64,000 nt of DNA from Spongospora subterranea f. sp. subterranea (taxonomy: Eukaryota). The position numbers and the translations under genes were made by a program. Below are positions 52,876 to 64,000 of this stretch, piece after piece. The stretch spans positions 1 through 64,000 of the forward strand of contig JAUGWO010000042.1 of NCBI GenBank assembly GCA_049724395.1, written 5' to 3'. How positions within the stretch are numbered: position 1 is the stretch's first letter; each line of letters opens with the position of its first letter. Under the pieces are notes generated by a model. The model worked only from the letters and a program-made list of their open reading frames with translations, was not told the origin of the DNA and searched no databases.

Positions 52876-53051
52876 CAACACTGGCAAGGGATAAAAGCGA
52901 AGGGGAGTATTAAGATATGAACACTTCTACCTCTGTACTACCGTACTTGATATGATCCTACCAATCGATCTATTGTATATATTTAATACATTCTCCTAAT
53001 ATTCTGGTCAACAGTTCTGGTCTATATTGCGAACACCATCTGTTACTACTT

Positions 53052-54313
53052 TTCCAGATGGTGATAGTGTGATAAACGAGAGCTCCTGACCAGAATGTAG
53101 GAAGAATGTCTTATATACAATAGATAAATGGTAGGATCATATCAAGTACGGTAGTGCAGGGGTAGCAGTGTTCAGAGCTTGATACTCCCCTTCGCTTTTA
53201 TCCCTTTCAAGTGGTTGTTATATCTGCATAATGATTGATTTGAACCGTTCAAATGCAGGTTCACTGATGGGTTTCGTGAATATGTCCGATCATCTCTGTA
53301 GTAGGACAATAGATGATTTCGATCTCCTTTTGTTGCACTTTTTCTCGGATGAAGTGATATCGAACGTCGATGTGCTTGTCTTGATTATCCTGTTGGAGTG
53401 GAGTTATCATCGAATCTTTAAATTGCCTCAACTCTTCCAACAAATCGCGTAGCCAAATAATTTTCCTTGTGGCGTCGCTAGCGGCCATGTATGTATTCCG
53501 CTTCGGTTGTTGAAAGTGCAACTAAGTGTTGCTTTTGTGACTTCCATTTGACGGATTGCCTCCCACAGCGATCAGTAATCCTGTGGTGGACCGTCGATCA
53601 ATAGTGTCCATCGCGTAATTGCTATCGGCCCATCCTGTGATATCAGTTGAGCTCCCCTTGAACACCAAGCCCTCATTCGGAGTCGTGTTCAGGTATTTGA
53701 GGTATTTGAGGATCCTTTGCGCCGCTTTCCATAATGCTTTGATTGGTTTCGACACATGCCTGCTAATATTGTTAACTGCAAATGCAATGTCGGGACGTGT
53801 CCCGTAAGCGATGTAGGATATGCTGCCAATGATTTCGCGAATGAAATACTTATCAGTAATCTCTTCGTCCACGTTTGGATCATAAGTTGTTGTCATTGGT
53901 GTGGTGTCTGGTTTGCAGTTTTCCTGCTCAAAACGCTGGATGACCTCTCTTATGTACTTTTCCTGCGATAGTCGGATCGTGCCATCTAAACAACAGATCT
54001 TCATACCGAGGAATTTATCGGCTTCCCCTAGGGCTTTCATCCGGAATGATGACCGTAGTACTGCTGAATCTTCGTGAATTCGTGTCGTCGTCGTCTGTAA
54101 TTAGTAGATCATCAACGTGGATACCTATGATTGTCAATTGATTCTCCTGAAATTTGTACCAGATGCACGGTTCTTTCGTTGATTGCGCGAATTTGCTTTC
54201 CCGTAACTTGCCAAATAGGATCGTTTGCCATTCACGCTTCACCATATAAGGCTTTCTCGAGTAAGCATACTTTGTGTTCCTCGCCCTGTTTGAGAAATCC
54301 GTCCGGTTGGTAT
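53052..54313 (-). mobile_element. Second, more diverged, 5'-truncated copy of the same copia family, tail-to-tail with the first
   Basis: LTR 53052-53184, the same PPT at 53185-53204, and RT/RNase H remnants. Confidence 0.9.
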
Positions 54314-54319
54314 CACGAC

Positions 54320-54808
54320 GAAAACACACCCTGATGGCAAGACACGATTCAACGCACAATTCGTGGCAAATGGATTCGCACAAAAAGAAGGAATCGACTA
54401 CGATGAAACATCAATTGCCGCCGTCAATCACTGGAAGATTTACCAGAAGGATTTCACAACTGCAAATCTAAATGCACCTCTGACTAATCCTATCTACATA
54501 TACCAACCGGGCGGATTTCTCAAGCAGGGCGAGGAACACAAAGTATGCTTACTCGAGAAAGCCTTATGCGGTCTTAAGCAGGCCGGGCGTGAATGGCAAA
54601 CAACCCTATTCAACAAGTTACAGAGAAGTCAATTACGGAATCAAAGAAAGAACCATGCATCCGGTATAAATTCCAGGAAAGCCGGTGGGATGGAGTTCCC
54701 CCGTTCATCATATTTCTGAGTAGTCAATATCAGAATGAATCCTATTATTGACCTCCGGCTTTCCTGGAATTTATACCAGATGCATGGTTCTTTCTTTGAT
54801 TCCGTAAT
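54320..54808 (+). mobile_element. Third copia RT fragment with a local inverted duplication
   Basis: FVANGFAQKEGIDYDET...GLKQAGREW; ~54631-54685 is mirrored at ~54756-54809. Confidence 0.8.
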
Positions 54809-54817
54809 TAACTTAGG

Positions 54818-55823
54818 GAGGGATCCGCGCGGACCTTTGCCGGTACGCCATGGCTAGGCCGTAACTCTCCTAATCATTTGCTTCCACTTTCGATTGAAGG
54901 CTATGAATCTTAACTGTCGGAACCCAATTCGTTTGATGATTTAGTTTCTGAGTTGAAGTTTTTTTTTGGGCAACTCCTTTGTGATATTTGGTGTTAAATG
55001 AATCACTTTAGGTTGCTGTTGTTTCAGTTTAAAACGTTCCGCCAGGGTTGTCGCCAATTTTTATTCTTGCTGCTCGTGCACAAAACAAAAATGATGCTGA
55101 CCAAGAATTCAACGTTTCGTTGACTCGCAAAGTTGTAGTACTTTAAGGTCAGAAGCAAAATCCGATAAGTGCACGAGATCCCTGTTGATATGAGGCTCAC
55201 ATAACAAAAGCATAGACGTCTCAATTGCAGTGCTACCCGCAATTCTTCAGCTGGCCCCCAAACAAAAGAGTACGCTGTAAAGAGTTTGCCATGTGATTGG
55301 CGTCGGATGTTGGAACAACATGAGCCGTTCCGGCTACAAATGAAAACTAAAGCAAAAAACTATTATACAGACCTAGTGAAATTCCCAAAACTTTCCAAGG
55401 TGGAGATAAGAAACTGGCGCTCATAGGCAACGCCATCGGTGCTGACGCTGAGCAGTTGCAAACCCAGGTGTTGTTGAACGATACGAGTCAACGAAACGTT
55501 GAATTCTTGGTCAGCATCATTTTTGTTTTGTGCACGAGCAGCAAAAATAAAAATTGGCGACAACCCTGGCGGAACGTTTTAAACTGAAACAACAGCAACC
55601 CAAAGTGATTCATTTAATTTCAAATATCACAAAGGAGCTTTTCAAAAATACCTTCAACTCAGAAACTATATCATCAAAAGAATTGGGTTGACCGTAAAGA
55701 TTCACAGGCTTCCATCAAAAGTGGAAGCCATGGGGTTAACGGCCTAGCCATGGGGTTAACGGCCTAGCCATGGGGTTAACGGCCTAGCCATGGCGTGTAG
55801 CGGCGAAGGTCCGCGGATCCCTC
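54818..55823. mobile_element. Fold-back element: ~310-340 bp inverted arms around a P-element-like transposase fragment
   Basis: Ends GAGGGATCCGCG...CGCGGATCCCTC; arms 54818-55127 and 55484-55823; minus-strand interior reads LLSVSTDGVAYER and SDANHMANSLQRTLL (DxxH); 20 bp unit GCCATGGGGTTAACGGCCTA three times in the right arm. Confidence 0.7.
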
Positions 55824-55908
55824 AGTGTATGTCAGTATGTCACCCCCTCCTGTCATTTACTGCCCATCTGTAAACACCGGAAGGATTTAGACCTCGTTTG
55901 TCCTAGCC

Positions 55909-57162
55909 ATGGCACAGGAGCGGGCTAACAATACTCAGGAACCAAATGTAGATGGATTAGTTCCTGAAATTTCCTTCAAGATGGACTCATCGTCGGTATT
56001 ATCGTCAATTATCTCGTCATTGTTATTCGAGAAGAAGGATATGATCGCTAATGTATCTTTTAACAACGCTGGAATTCGCATATCAGTTGATAAAGCGAGA
56101 TCAATGCAGGTCGAAATGATCTGTTGAAATTTGTGACACACTCACAAAGCTGCTTTATGTATTCAACACACCTTCACCGAACCATGAAACTTTTTTTGAA
56201 AATGTCACGTTTGAAGCTCAATATCGATTTCCTCAAGGATATTAATATTTGCTGGGGATCATTTCAGGCCCGTGCATATATCAAGAAAGAGTCATTACAG
56301 GATTACGAGCTATTAGCCGATCACGTTCAGATTACGATTAACCTCTCTCTCATGTATCGCTGTCTTACCGTATTCGGTGATAAATCGGCTCATGTTGAGT
56401 TTTTATATCGTGGCGATGGTTTCCCAATCACTTTCATGTATGGTTTCCATCTTCAGATCGCTCCGTTTTCCTGGTTTCAATCGCAACATTTGAATGCTCA
56501 GACTGGAAGATCAAGGCGTTATTACTGAGTGCCAAATCAACACTCTTGAACCGGTATCTTTACCTGATTTCAACTTTCGCAGCTCGTCGGTTATTAATCG
56601 AGCGATAATCAAAGTTAGTTCGATTACAATGTTGTTTCTCATGATTTTTAGTTTCTGTAGTCATCGCTGTTGAAGGAAGCTTTATCAGATATGGACATAC
56701 CCGGATCCCAATATATAGACATCACGATGTCCCCTGTTCACCCGTTCATCAAATTGGCTTCTAACGCTGGAGCCATGCGATCTGAAGTTAGCCTGTGGTC
56801 TTTTCCGATGTCTTCATTGCTCAATCGAGCTGTCGCCAGGTTCAATTCCTCAATGATCCCGAGGTGTTTCCTGTTCTTGCTTGCCAGACCACTGCTTCTT
56901 TTCCGTATGCATTACCAGTTAGCTCTCTTCATTGATTTCAACAATGTGCTTGAATTGTGACGTGTTGGTGAAATAGTTATTCCGGTCGACGGTTAAAGCA
57001 CTATCCATGGCGACCCAAACCAATATAAAAATGAACACAGAAGGCATGCTGCTTTTACAGCACTCGATAAAATCGCTCGAGAATACCAATATCAAGAATT
57101 GGATCGAGTTTACTCTCTCACCAGCAATAATGGAACGAGATGCGGTTGATCTACAACGATAA
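55909..57162 (+). CDS. RAD1: 9-1-1 checkpoint clamp subunit Rad1
   Basis: GIRISVDKARSMQ|ARAYIKKE, INLSLMYRCLTVFG, LEDQGVITECQINTLEP, IKMNTEGMLLLQH. Confidence 0.9.
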
Positions 57163-57447
57163 TTATCCACTAGCATATCACAGAATTACTGCTTCAGCTA
57201 AAGTATCTGAGTTGCTGTTCTCTATCACATAAGTGATATCAGAACCTAATAGATTTCGACATGGTATGAACAAATTTTTTGGAGCATGTTCACTGATCTG
57301 TATGAATAAATAGAGGTGATGAAAGGGAGATATTAGTTTGCTATGGGTTTCAACTTTACATCTTGACTCGTAGATGTTCGAATACGAAATTTGGCATTGT
57401 ACGAAATACTGATAATTTGCTCGCGAGATGTTTTGACTTGGTTACTG

Positions 57448-58005
57448 CATTGCGTTAGTTACGAGCAGCAATGAATAAGACAAGGAATAACACATCTAAG
57501 CAAAGTGTCCTCGTAATGAAACAAGAATGCGACAACAGTTCCTTTCTAGATAATAAACCATTGCGTTAGTTACGGCAGCAATGAATAAGACAATGAATAA
57601 CACATCTAAGCCAAGTGTCCCTCGTAATGAAATAAGAATGCGACAACAGTTCCTTTTCAGATAATAAACCATTGCGTTAGTTACGGCAGCAATGAATAAG
57701 ACAAGGAATAACACATCTAAGCAAAGTGTCCTCAATGAAACAAGAATGCGACAACAGTTCCTTTCTAGATAATAAACCATTGCGTTAGTTACGGCAGCAA
57801 TGAATAAGACAATGAATAACACATCTAAGCCAAGTGTCCCTCGTAATGAAATAAGAATGCGACAACAGTTCCTTTTCAGATAATAAACCATTGCGTTAGT
57901 TACGGCAGCAATGAATAAGACAAGGAATAACACATCTAAGCAAAGTGACCCTCGTAATGAAACAAGAATGTGACTACAGTTCCTTTCTAGTTAATAAACC
58001 ATTGC
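57448..58005. repeat. Five ~110 bp tandem units in A-B-A-B-A order
   Basis: Units start at 57448, 57559, 57670, 57778 and 57889. Confidence 0.95.
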
Positions 58006-58193
58006 ATTATTATATTTTTCTTAATGACTTGGAAACACCAGGAAGAAGTTAACCTTGATAACTAGATTATTACCATCAACTACGACAAATTGACGCAATA
58101 ACAAGTCACTTGGGCTTCATCTTGAAAATGAATTACTTTATCCTTCTGCGAAGTTTTCTCGGCTCGACTTTTGGCTCGACTTCAACAGACTAT

Positions 58194-61100
58194 TCACAAA
58201 ACACTTAGACATGCACTGCAACAGACGTGTTTCCATACTTCAAAGGTATTTCCAGTCAAAATGCTCGACCATTTACTATTTTGCGCGAGTATAGCGTTGC
58301 TACGCTTCCCAAACGTTTTTTGCATGTTTTCTTGGTCTCCACATGATATAATATGCCGTTTTCGGTCTGAAGCCTTCTTCTTCGCTGGTGAAGACATCGA
58401 CAGCGGCGAACTGGGTTCATCTCGATGACCATGGTGTGAAGTCTGAAATGTTGCTCAAATGAGATGGATTCTGACAGTGATTAATGATGCAAACCTTCGA
58501 GGCGGTATGCGCGTTTTCAAAGTGCGATACCCTTTTCCGCAAATCGTCATTTTCTCGTTCAGTCGCCAAATTGTTTTCAATTAGCCGTCTCTCCAGCAAT
58601 GCATGGTTCTCCTTCATGGCCGCAATATTTTGGGAAAACTCATTTTGGAGCGACAGTGTTTCCATTTCCTTGCTCTTCATATAGTTCTGCAATTCAAAAT
58701 TGCTGTTCTTGAGGGCTGCTCGTTCCTCTGACAATTTTTTTCTACTTGCTGCCTTTTCCCGCTTTAATGACTGCTCCAGCTTCTTTATGGTCTCTCGCAG
58801 CGATTGTTGTTGCTTGCCCATGAGTTCTCCAGCCTCTGTGGCATCGACGCTTGCACTTTCCAATTCCAGTAATCGTCTGCGAATGTCTTCTTTCTCTTCA
58901 TCTGCCTTGATCAAGGAAGCTTTTGATGCTTCTATCACATCCTCTATCCAGAAAATATTAGATCGCAGACGCACTTAGTATTCTTCGACAAAAGTACTTT
59001 GCATGGCGTTCAGGTCTAGCAACTGCGACACTTGCGATTCACAATCAGTTTGCTTTTTTATACTTGCCTAAGATATGTCACTACAAGAAACAACCATGAA
59101 CATAACGGATACCTCGATCGCGGATTGTAACTCTTTGATAGTAACATCTTGATCCTGGGAGAGAGTTCGCCACTTCGCAATCTCTGCAGAGTCCCTCGTT
59201 CGCGCTAATTCAAGGGACGATATGCATTGTTGCTGTTCCTGTATCTGAAGCGCAAGTTAACAGGATTCATGTCTGTATTTTGAATCATACCTTTTTCTTT
59301 AGGTGCGCGGTGGCATCATTGAGGACAACAATTTTTTTTTCAAGTCCTGACACCTAACCAGAGAAAATTTCAACCAATTTGTATTTCAAATCATCGACTT
59401 GTATGACCTTCCTCTCGCTATCCTGTAATCGTTTTTCATTGAAGTCCGCTCGGTCTTCAGCTTCAGAACACTGCTTCTCGGAATGAAGCTTGCGGGATTC
59501 TAGATTAGCTATGGTTTCATTGCAAACAATGTGCCTCTGTTTTTCAAGAGCAGCCTGCAAAAGTATACTCAATAACAAGTGGTAAGATGATCCCAAACTA
59601 ACGTTGCTTTCCGAAGTAGATTTAAGAGATTCACCAAGCTTACGCTGAAGTTCAGCCATCGCTGTGTTTGCAGCTTGTAACTGTTTACGTGACGCTTTGT
59701 CCTGCTGAGACAGAACCTCATTTTGCGCCTCTAACTGAGATGATGGAAACATTCATTAAGGGTGAAACGCGATCGGTTGTCAATCGAAGATACCTGATGA
59801 ACCGCGATTTGAATTGCTTTGTTAATGTCAACGCCTGTCGCATTCTCATCGAACACATTTTTTTTCCATATATCAAACCGCATTTGGTTTAGATTTCGGG
59901 AGCGCTCGATTTCTTCTTCAAGTTGCTGCTGGAATTGGTGTTCTTGTCGTGTCAACTGCTCTTGCATTTCATTACAAACTGCGTTTCTAACCTCTACTTC
60001 AGTAGACCATCGTCTAGTAACAAAATAAAGCAATGGAAAAATCAGAGAATGGTATTCACAAGCTACCTCCTTTCGCTTTCTAGTAGCTGCATTTTCAACT
60101 GGTATATTTGCTCCAACAGCTCCTCTTCGACATCATCATTTGAAATATCAACGGGTTTACCCAGATCAATCTAGCACAATAAAATTTGTTCAGATGGATT
60201 TGGCAGGTGCGAGTGATTTCTTCGATTATACCTTGGACGTGTTTTCGATTTCGCTCGCCAATGCGGCAAACTTCAACGCATGAAGTGTTTCGGTGCGATC
60301 CGATAATTCCGGGTTAACGTTTGCGATCATAACGGCCCTCCCCCATCCGCCAATGAAGTAGTCCTTGAACAAACGCAAGACCTTAGAATCACGCCATGGT
60401 ATTGGGCGTTGCTGAAAACGTTGCAGCAATTAGCCGGAATATAAGTAAGCGCTATGTTTGATGCTAACCCGACAGTCTGGGTGCTCCTGGTTCCATCTTA
60501 CGATTTCCAGACAGCGGCCTAAGTGCATCAATGAAGTATTAATATTGTTGGCTTCTCGGCATCTATCGTCATTTGCGTTCTTTGCTCTTGAAGCTCGCTC
60601 CTGTTGACCAATTGTAAACAAACGGGCTAAAAACAACGAGGTGATGTCATACAGAACCAGCTAAATCGACAATACAAAGCTTTGCAAGGGTCCCGCCTTC
60701 GTCTTTATCGATGCCTCGAAGCACTAGTTTTACAGAAAACATCTAAACATATGTCACGAATGGATGAAACTTGATAGAACTTAATAATGATTCCGTACAC
60801 AATGGGAACGACTTGATGCACAGTTCAAAGCGGTCTCCGCAACTTGTCGGCGACGCGTACCTTCAGCAACAACAAGGCTTGCCTCTGCGATGTTGCGGAC
60901 AAGAACTTCTGTGAGGTTTCTGCAAAAACCTTCATATACAATTTGTAGCAAACTCAAACGAAGGTCTTACTTCACAAAAACACTTCCATTCCGATTCGCA
61001 ACAAGCTGGAGACCTTTTGGAATTAATTCCTCTGAGAGCAAATCGATCACGGACTCATTATGAATCTCTAAGAAGCTGGCGTAGACGTCGACTGGTTGGC

Positions 61101-61831
61101 CTTCGAATTGAAGTCAAATTTCAGTAGAGGCAAATCATTGTTGACTAACGTACTGTGATTATCGATTCTATTGAATACATCTTGAAGAGTCTTAGGCAAA
61201 ATGCCAGGATTAGCAGCGGTCCCTTCAACTGGTGAACTCGATAAGTTCATCCTGAGCAAACATCAACAGAGGTATACCAACCCGTATAAGTTTTTCCTGA
61301 ATTTGTGATCCCATAAGTAAAAATTAATGAATTGCGATGATCATCAAGTAAAGATTTAACTAAAGGTGCCGCTGTCTTTTGGTATATTGTCTCTTGTGAT
61401 GCAGTCGCGTCGAAGATTTCGCTAAATTTGAAGGTGTTCAGGCTCCCGTTCACAGGGTGACGAATTTTCAAAGTTTGCATGTCACTGATCTCAAGACCCT
61501 CCTTGGTACTTGCTCGAATTCGCAAAAATACCTGACCAGAAATTGTTAGAATTAGAAAAAGCCATACATTTTGTAAACAATACTTGCACGGATTCTGTAG
61601 GGCGTGCTCGCTTGATTGCCCGACCTGGTGTCATGCACTTTGCCATAGTAAAGTTGAGCTTCCTTATCAGTATTGATGGTTCGCTGGGACAGCCATCTTC
61701 TCCGTCATCCCTAACAGCAGATTTTTAATTTCCTATCTACGACCGCCAATGCAGACGTACTCATCTTGCTGGGGCGTTGTCGGAAGAAAGTTTTGGGGAA
61801 TTTGTTTCCTACTTGCGTCTGGAGAAAACAT
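58194..61831 (-). CDS. Kinesin-6-like motor (KIF20/KIF23 type) with a long coiled-coil tail
   Basis: FTYGITNSGKTYT, SSRSH, IVDLAGS|ER, NINTSLMHLGRC, IPWRDSK..LFKDYF; many introns; 3' end approximate. Confidence 0.9.
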
Positions 61832-61999
61832 ACTGCCAGGCGGCCGGCTAATGATGCCTGCAGAAATAGCAACCGGGGCCTTATCTGAAATATTATATGG
61901 GGGGAATCAGGTAATTCGATAAATGTAAGTCAGCGTAAGTCAGCTGACACAAGTTCCGCGCCTAAAACCATGAATACACTTGGAGTGTACATATCTGTC

Positions 62000-63136
62000 G
62001 ACTGCTTTGACGGGAACAGGCTCAGGTGGAGCGTGGACACACTATTACGCAGAGCGATCGTAGGCGATCGTGTTTCGATAACTTCTTCATCATGTAGGTC
62101 TGTCGACTATGTAGTCGTTAGACTTTATAGGCGGGCATCTTCGACAATGTTCACTAACATGTCAATAACAGCTTATTTCTTCAACCAATCTAGGCTTGGC
62201 AAACCTTCACAGTGGTCTAATGTCATTTTTGCTGTTGCGCAACGGTAAACCTAGCGTAACAGATCATTTAGCTTTCACCAATTTGCACAACAATAGCCCA
62301 ATCCTGCTCAATAATCAGGCCGTTTGTTAAAAAATCGACGGAACTGTTCTGCAGGAACTTGAAAGGCCAGTCAAATTTGTTATCGGACATGATATTTCTA
62401 GGTCTGCACAATCAATGTTGATTAGTTCGTGGCTCCGCGAAACCCGAAGTATGCACCGTTTCTAAACTCATTAGACCGATAAGTTGAGGTAATAAGTTGA
62501 ACTGGAAATTGAAATGGAAGGATTGGGTAATTGAGTTGATCATATATAAACTATGATTTCACTCTTGTTATTGTCGAAATTTTTTGCTCCAACAGTCAGG
62601 ATACTGTAATCTGCTGTTGTCAAACCATGTTTTTTACGAGTTTTGCCAACACATGGAAATTGAATGATTTGATTCTGAAATGTTCATCCAATATAACGGC
62701 CGTTATCACTGTACGGGTAGAAAGTGCAGCTCTATCAATCCAATTACATAGTAGACTGTCTTTCCGGCTTGGCTTCTCATGAATCGCCATTGTTATAAAC
62801 GATGTCATAAAAAGATAACAACGAACTTGCGGAAACAAACCCAGTCCAACTGGAAGTTCGAAACGATCTAGACGTAAAATGACGGGAGGGCAAAACATTC
62901 TGGTTGATATGGTTGATGAAGACATAATGTATTGCAGCTCGTGGCTTTCCGCTATATAATAGACCGTCGTCGAAAATGTTGCTGTTGCGAACTCTATGAT
63001 GGTGATTCGGTGCGATTCCCATTGTTTGCAATAATGTAAATGAACACCATTCATTTGAACTCTCAAAGGTATAGACCGTCAGTGCTCCAGCACGTAATAA
63101 AAAAAGGCAATTCCACTTCTGCAAAAACGGTGACAA
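62000..63136 (-). pseudogene. Possible degenerate coding sequence of unknown family
   Basis: Protein-like frames with intron-like gaps but several in-frame stops. Confidence 0.2.
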
Positions 63137-63198
63137 TTGTGAGCCTATTCAACCGCAATTACGGATTTATTGACAGGTGAATTTAGTTATGGAATTAA

Positions 63199-63690
63199 TT
63201 AAACTGGGTTTCGCAAAACGATAATGACGGAATCTCCTCGCAGGAACATTTTACTGATAAACCGATCCTTATTGACGGGTCGTGATTTTTTTCCTTTTCC
63301 AGATTTTCCATGTTCAGTCCACATTTCCTGTACCTATACATATATGCAACAATGATTAACAACCGAGAATGAAAATGTAGTTCGATTGTATACCTGTTCT
63401 AAAACCATATTACAATGACGATCGAACGCCTTTACACGTCCAAGTAGCTTGTGATTGTTTCGAAGGTTTACAAGAACCTAAATATTTTCATAAGTACGTG
63501 AATCAGATTTATAGTGATATCTGAAAACCTGTGTGTTATTAAGCATGGATTGGTTGAGAACCGATAATGGGCCGACAGAGAAGTCCTCCTCCTTCTCTTC
63601 TGGTGCTGTGGCGTTCTCGGGACGGCTGATCCACAAAAATACAAAGATCATCAAACGCGCTATCAACAGTCATCTTCCTTACCTGGACAT
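63199..63690 (-). CDS. SMD2: Small nuclear ribonucleoprotein Sm D2
   Basis: GPLSVL...[39 protein letters not shown]...[22 protein letters not shown]. Confidence 0.97.
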
Positions 63691-64000
63691 TGTAATGGAA
63701 GCTCGTCTGCAATTGCCGACAAGCTGTTAAGAGATGGCCAAGGGGCGACGCCGCACGGACTAACATGCCCGTCGAGAATGTACATTTGAGCGACATTATA
63801 GGAGGCCACGCAGTGAGCCTCCCAGTCGTACTTTCTCGAATCTCGCGACTGATTGGTTTGTCTGAGGGTCCATTTCAGCAGTGGCACTGGCTCATTCTTT
63901 GAGATCATTTGCCTCTTTAAGAAATATGTTCGTTCTGGGTTGTCAACGAAGCAAGTCAATCGGTAGACAGCCCAAGGGGAATTCAGAACGAACTTCTAGT

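Larger units (their letters stand above)
50068..53045 (+). mobile_element. Ty1/copia LTR retrotransposon, internally deleted (no integrase), non-autonomous
   Basis: LTRs 50068-50201 and 52908-53045; flanks CTTCT/CTACT (TSD, 4/5 match); PPT GGGATAAAAGCGAAGGGGAG; gag knuckle CKKCKTTSHDTDKC; protease IIDSGA; RT YVDD; RNase H WADSNYA..EAEY..KHIDVRYHF. Confidence 0.95.

Noticed and set aside
57496..57933. Repetitive hydrophobic 145 aa ORF
   Set aside because: By-product of the ~110 bp tandem repeat; indels between units argue against coding selection.

Overview
Compact, intron-rich eukaryotic (protist) nuclear DNA with ~50-60 bp GT-AG introns. The gene set (CDPK, GT61, p25-alpha, kinesin-6) fits a SAR-type protist, possibly a plasmodiophorid; this is inference only. 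About 20 housekeeping or hypothetical genes are present (TRAPPC10, cathepsin D-like protease, RPC3, ENTH, DnaJ, Tim17-like, PAM16, LCB2, F-BAR/PH, CDPK, two C2H2 zinc fingers, syntaxin, RAD1, kinesin-6, SmD2), plus two near-identical U3 snoRNA genes and a tRNA-Gly(GCC), with islands of transposon debris in between. Most notable: (1) two independent, oppositely oriented Ty1/copia insertions 11-12 bp upstream of the tRNA-Gly gene, with TA-starting LTRs and a primer-binding site matching a half-tRNA-Lys(CUU); (2) a decayed Mutator-like transposase followed by a USP-type peptidase; (3) a plant-like USE+TATA promoter on both U3 genes; (4) several long fold-back palindromes built from transposon fragments. 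Single-base frameshifts in conserved genes look like assembly indels. All protein family calls are by eye, from motifs.
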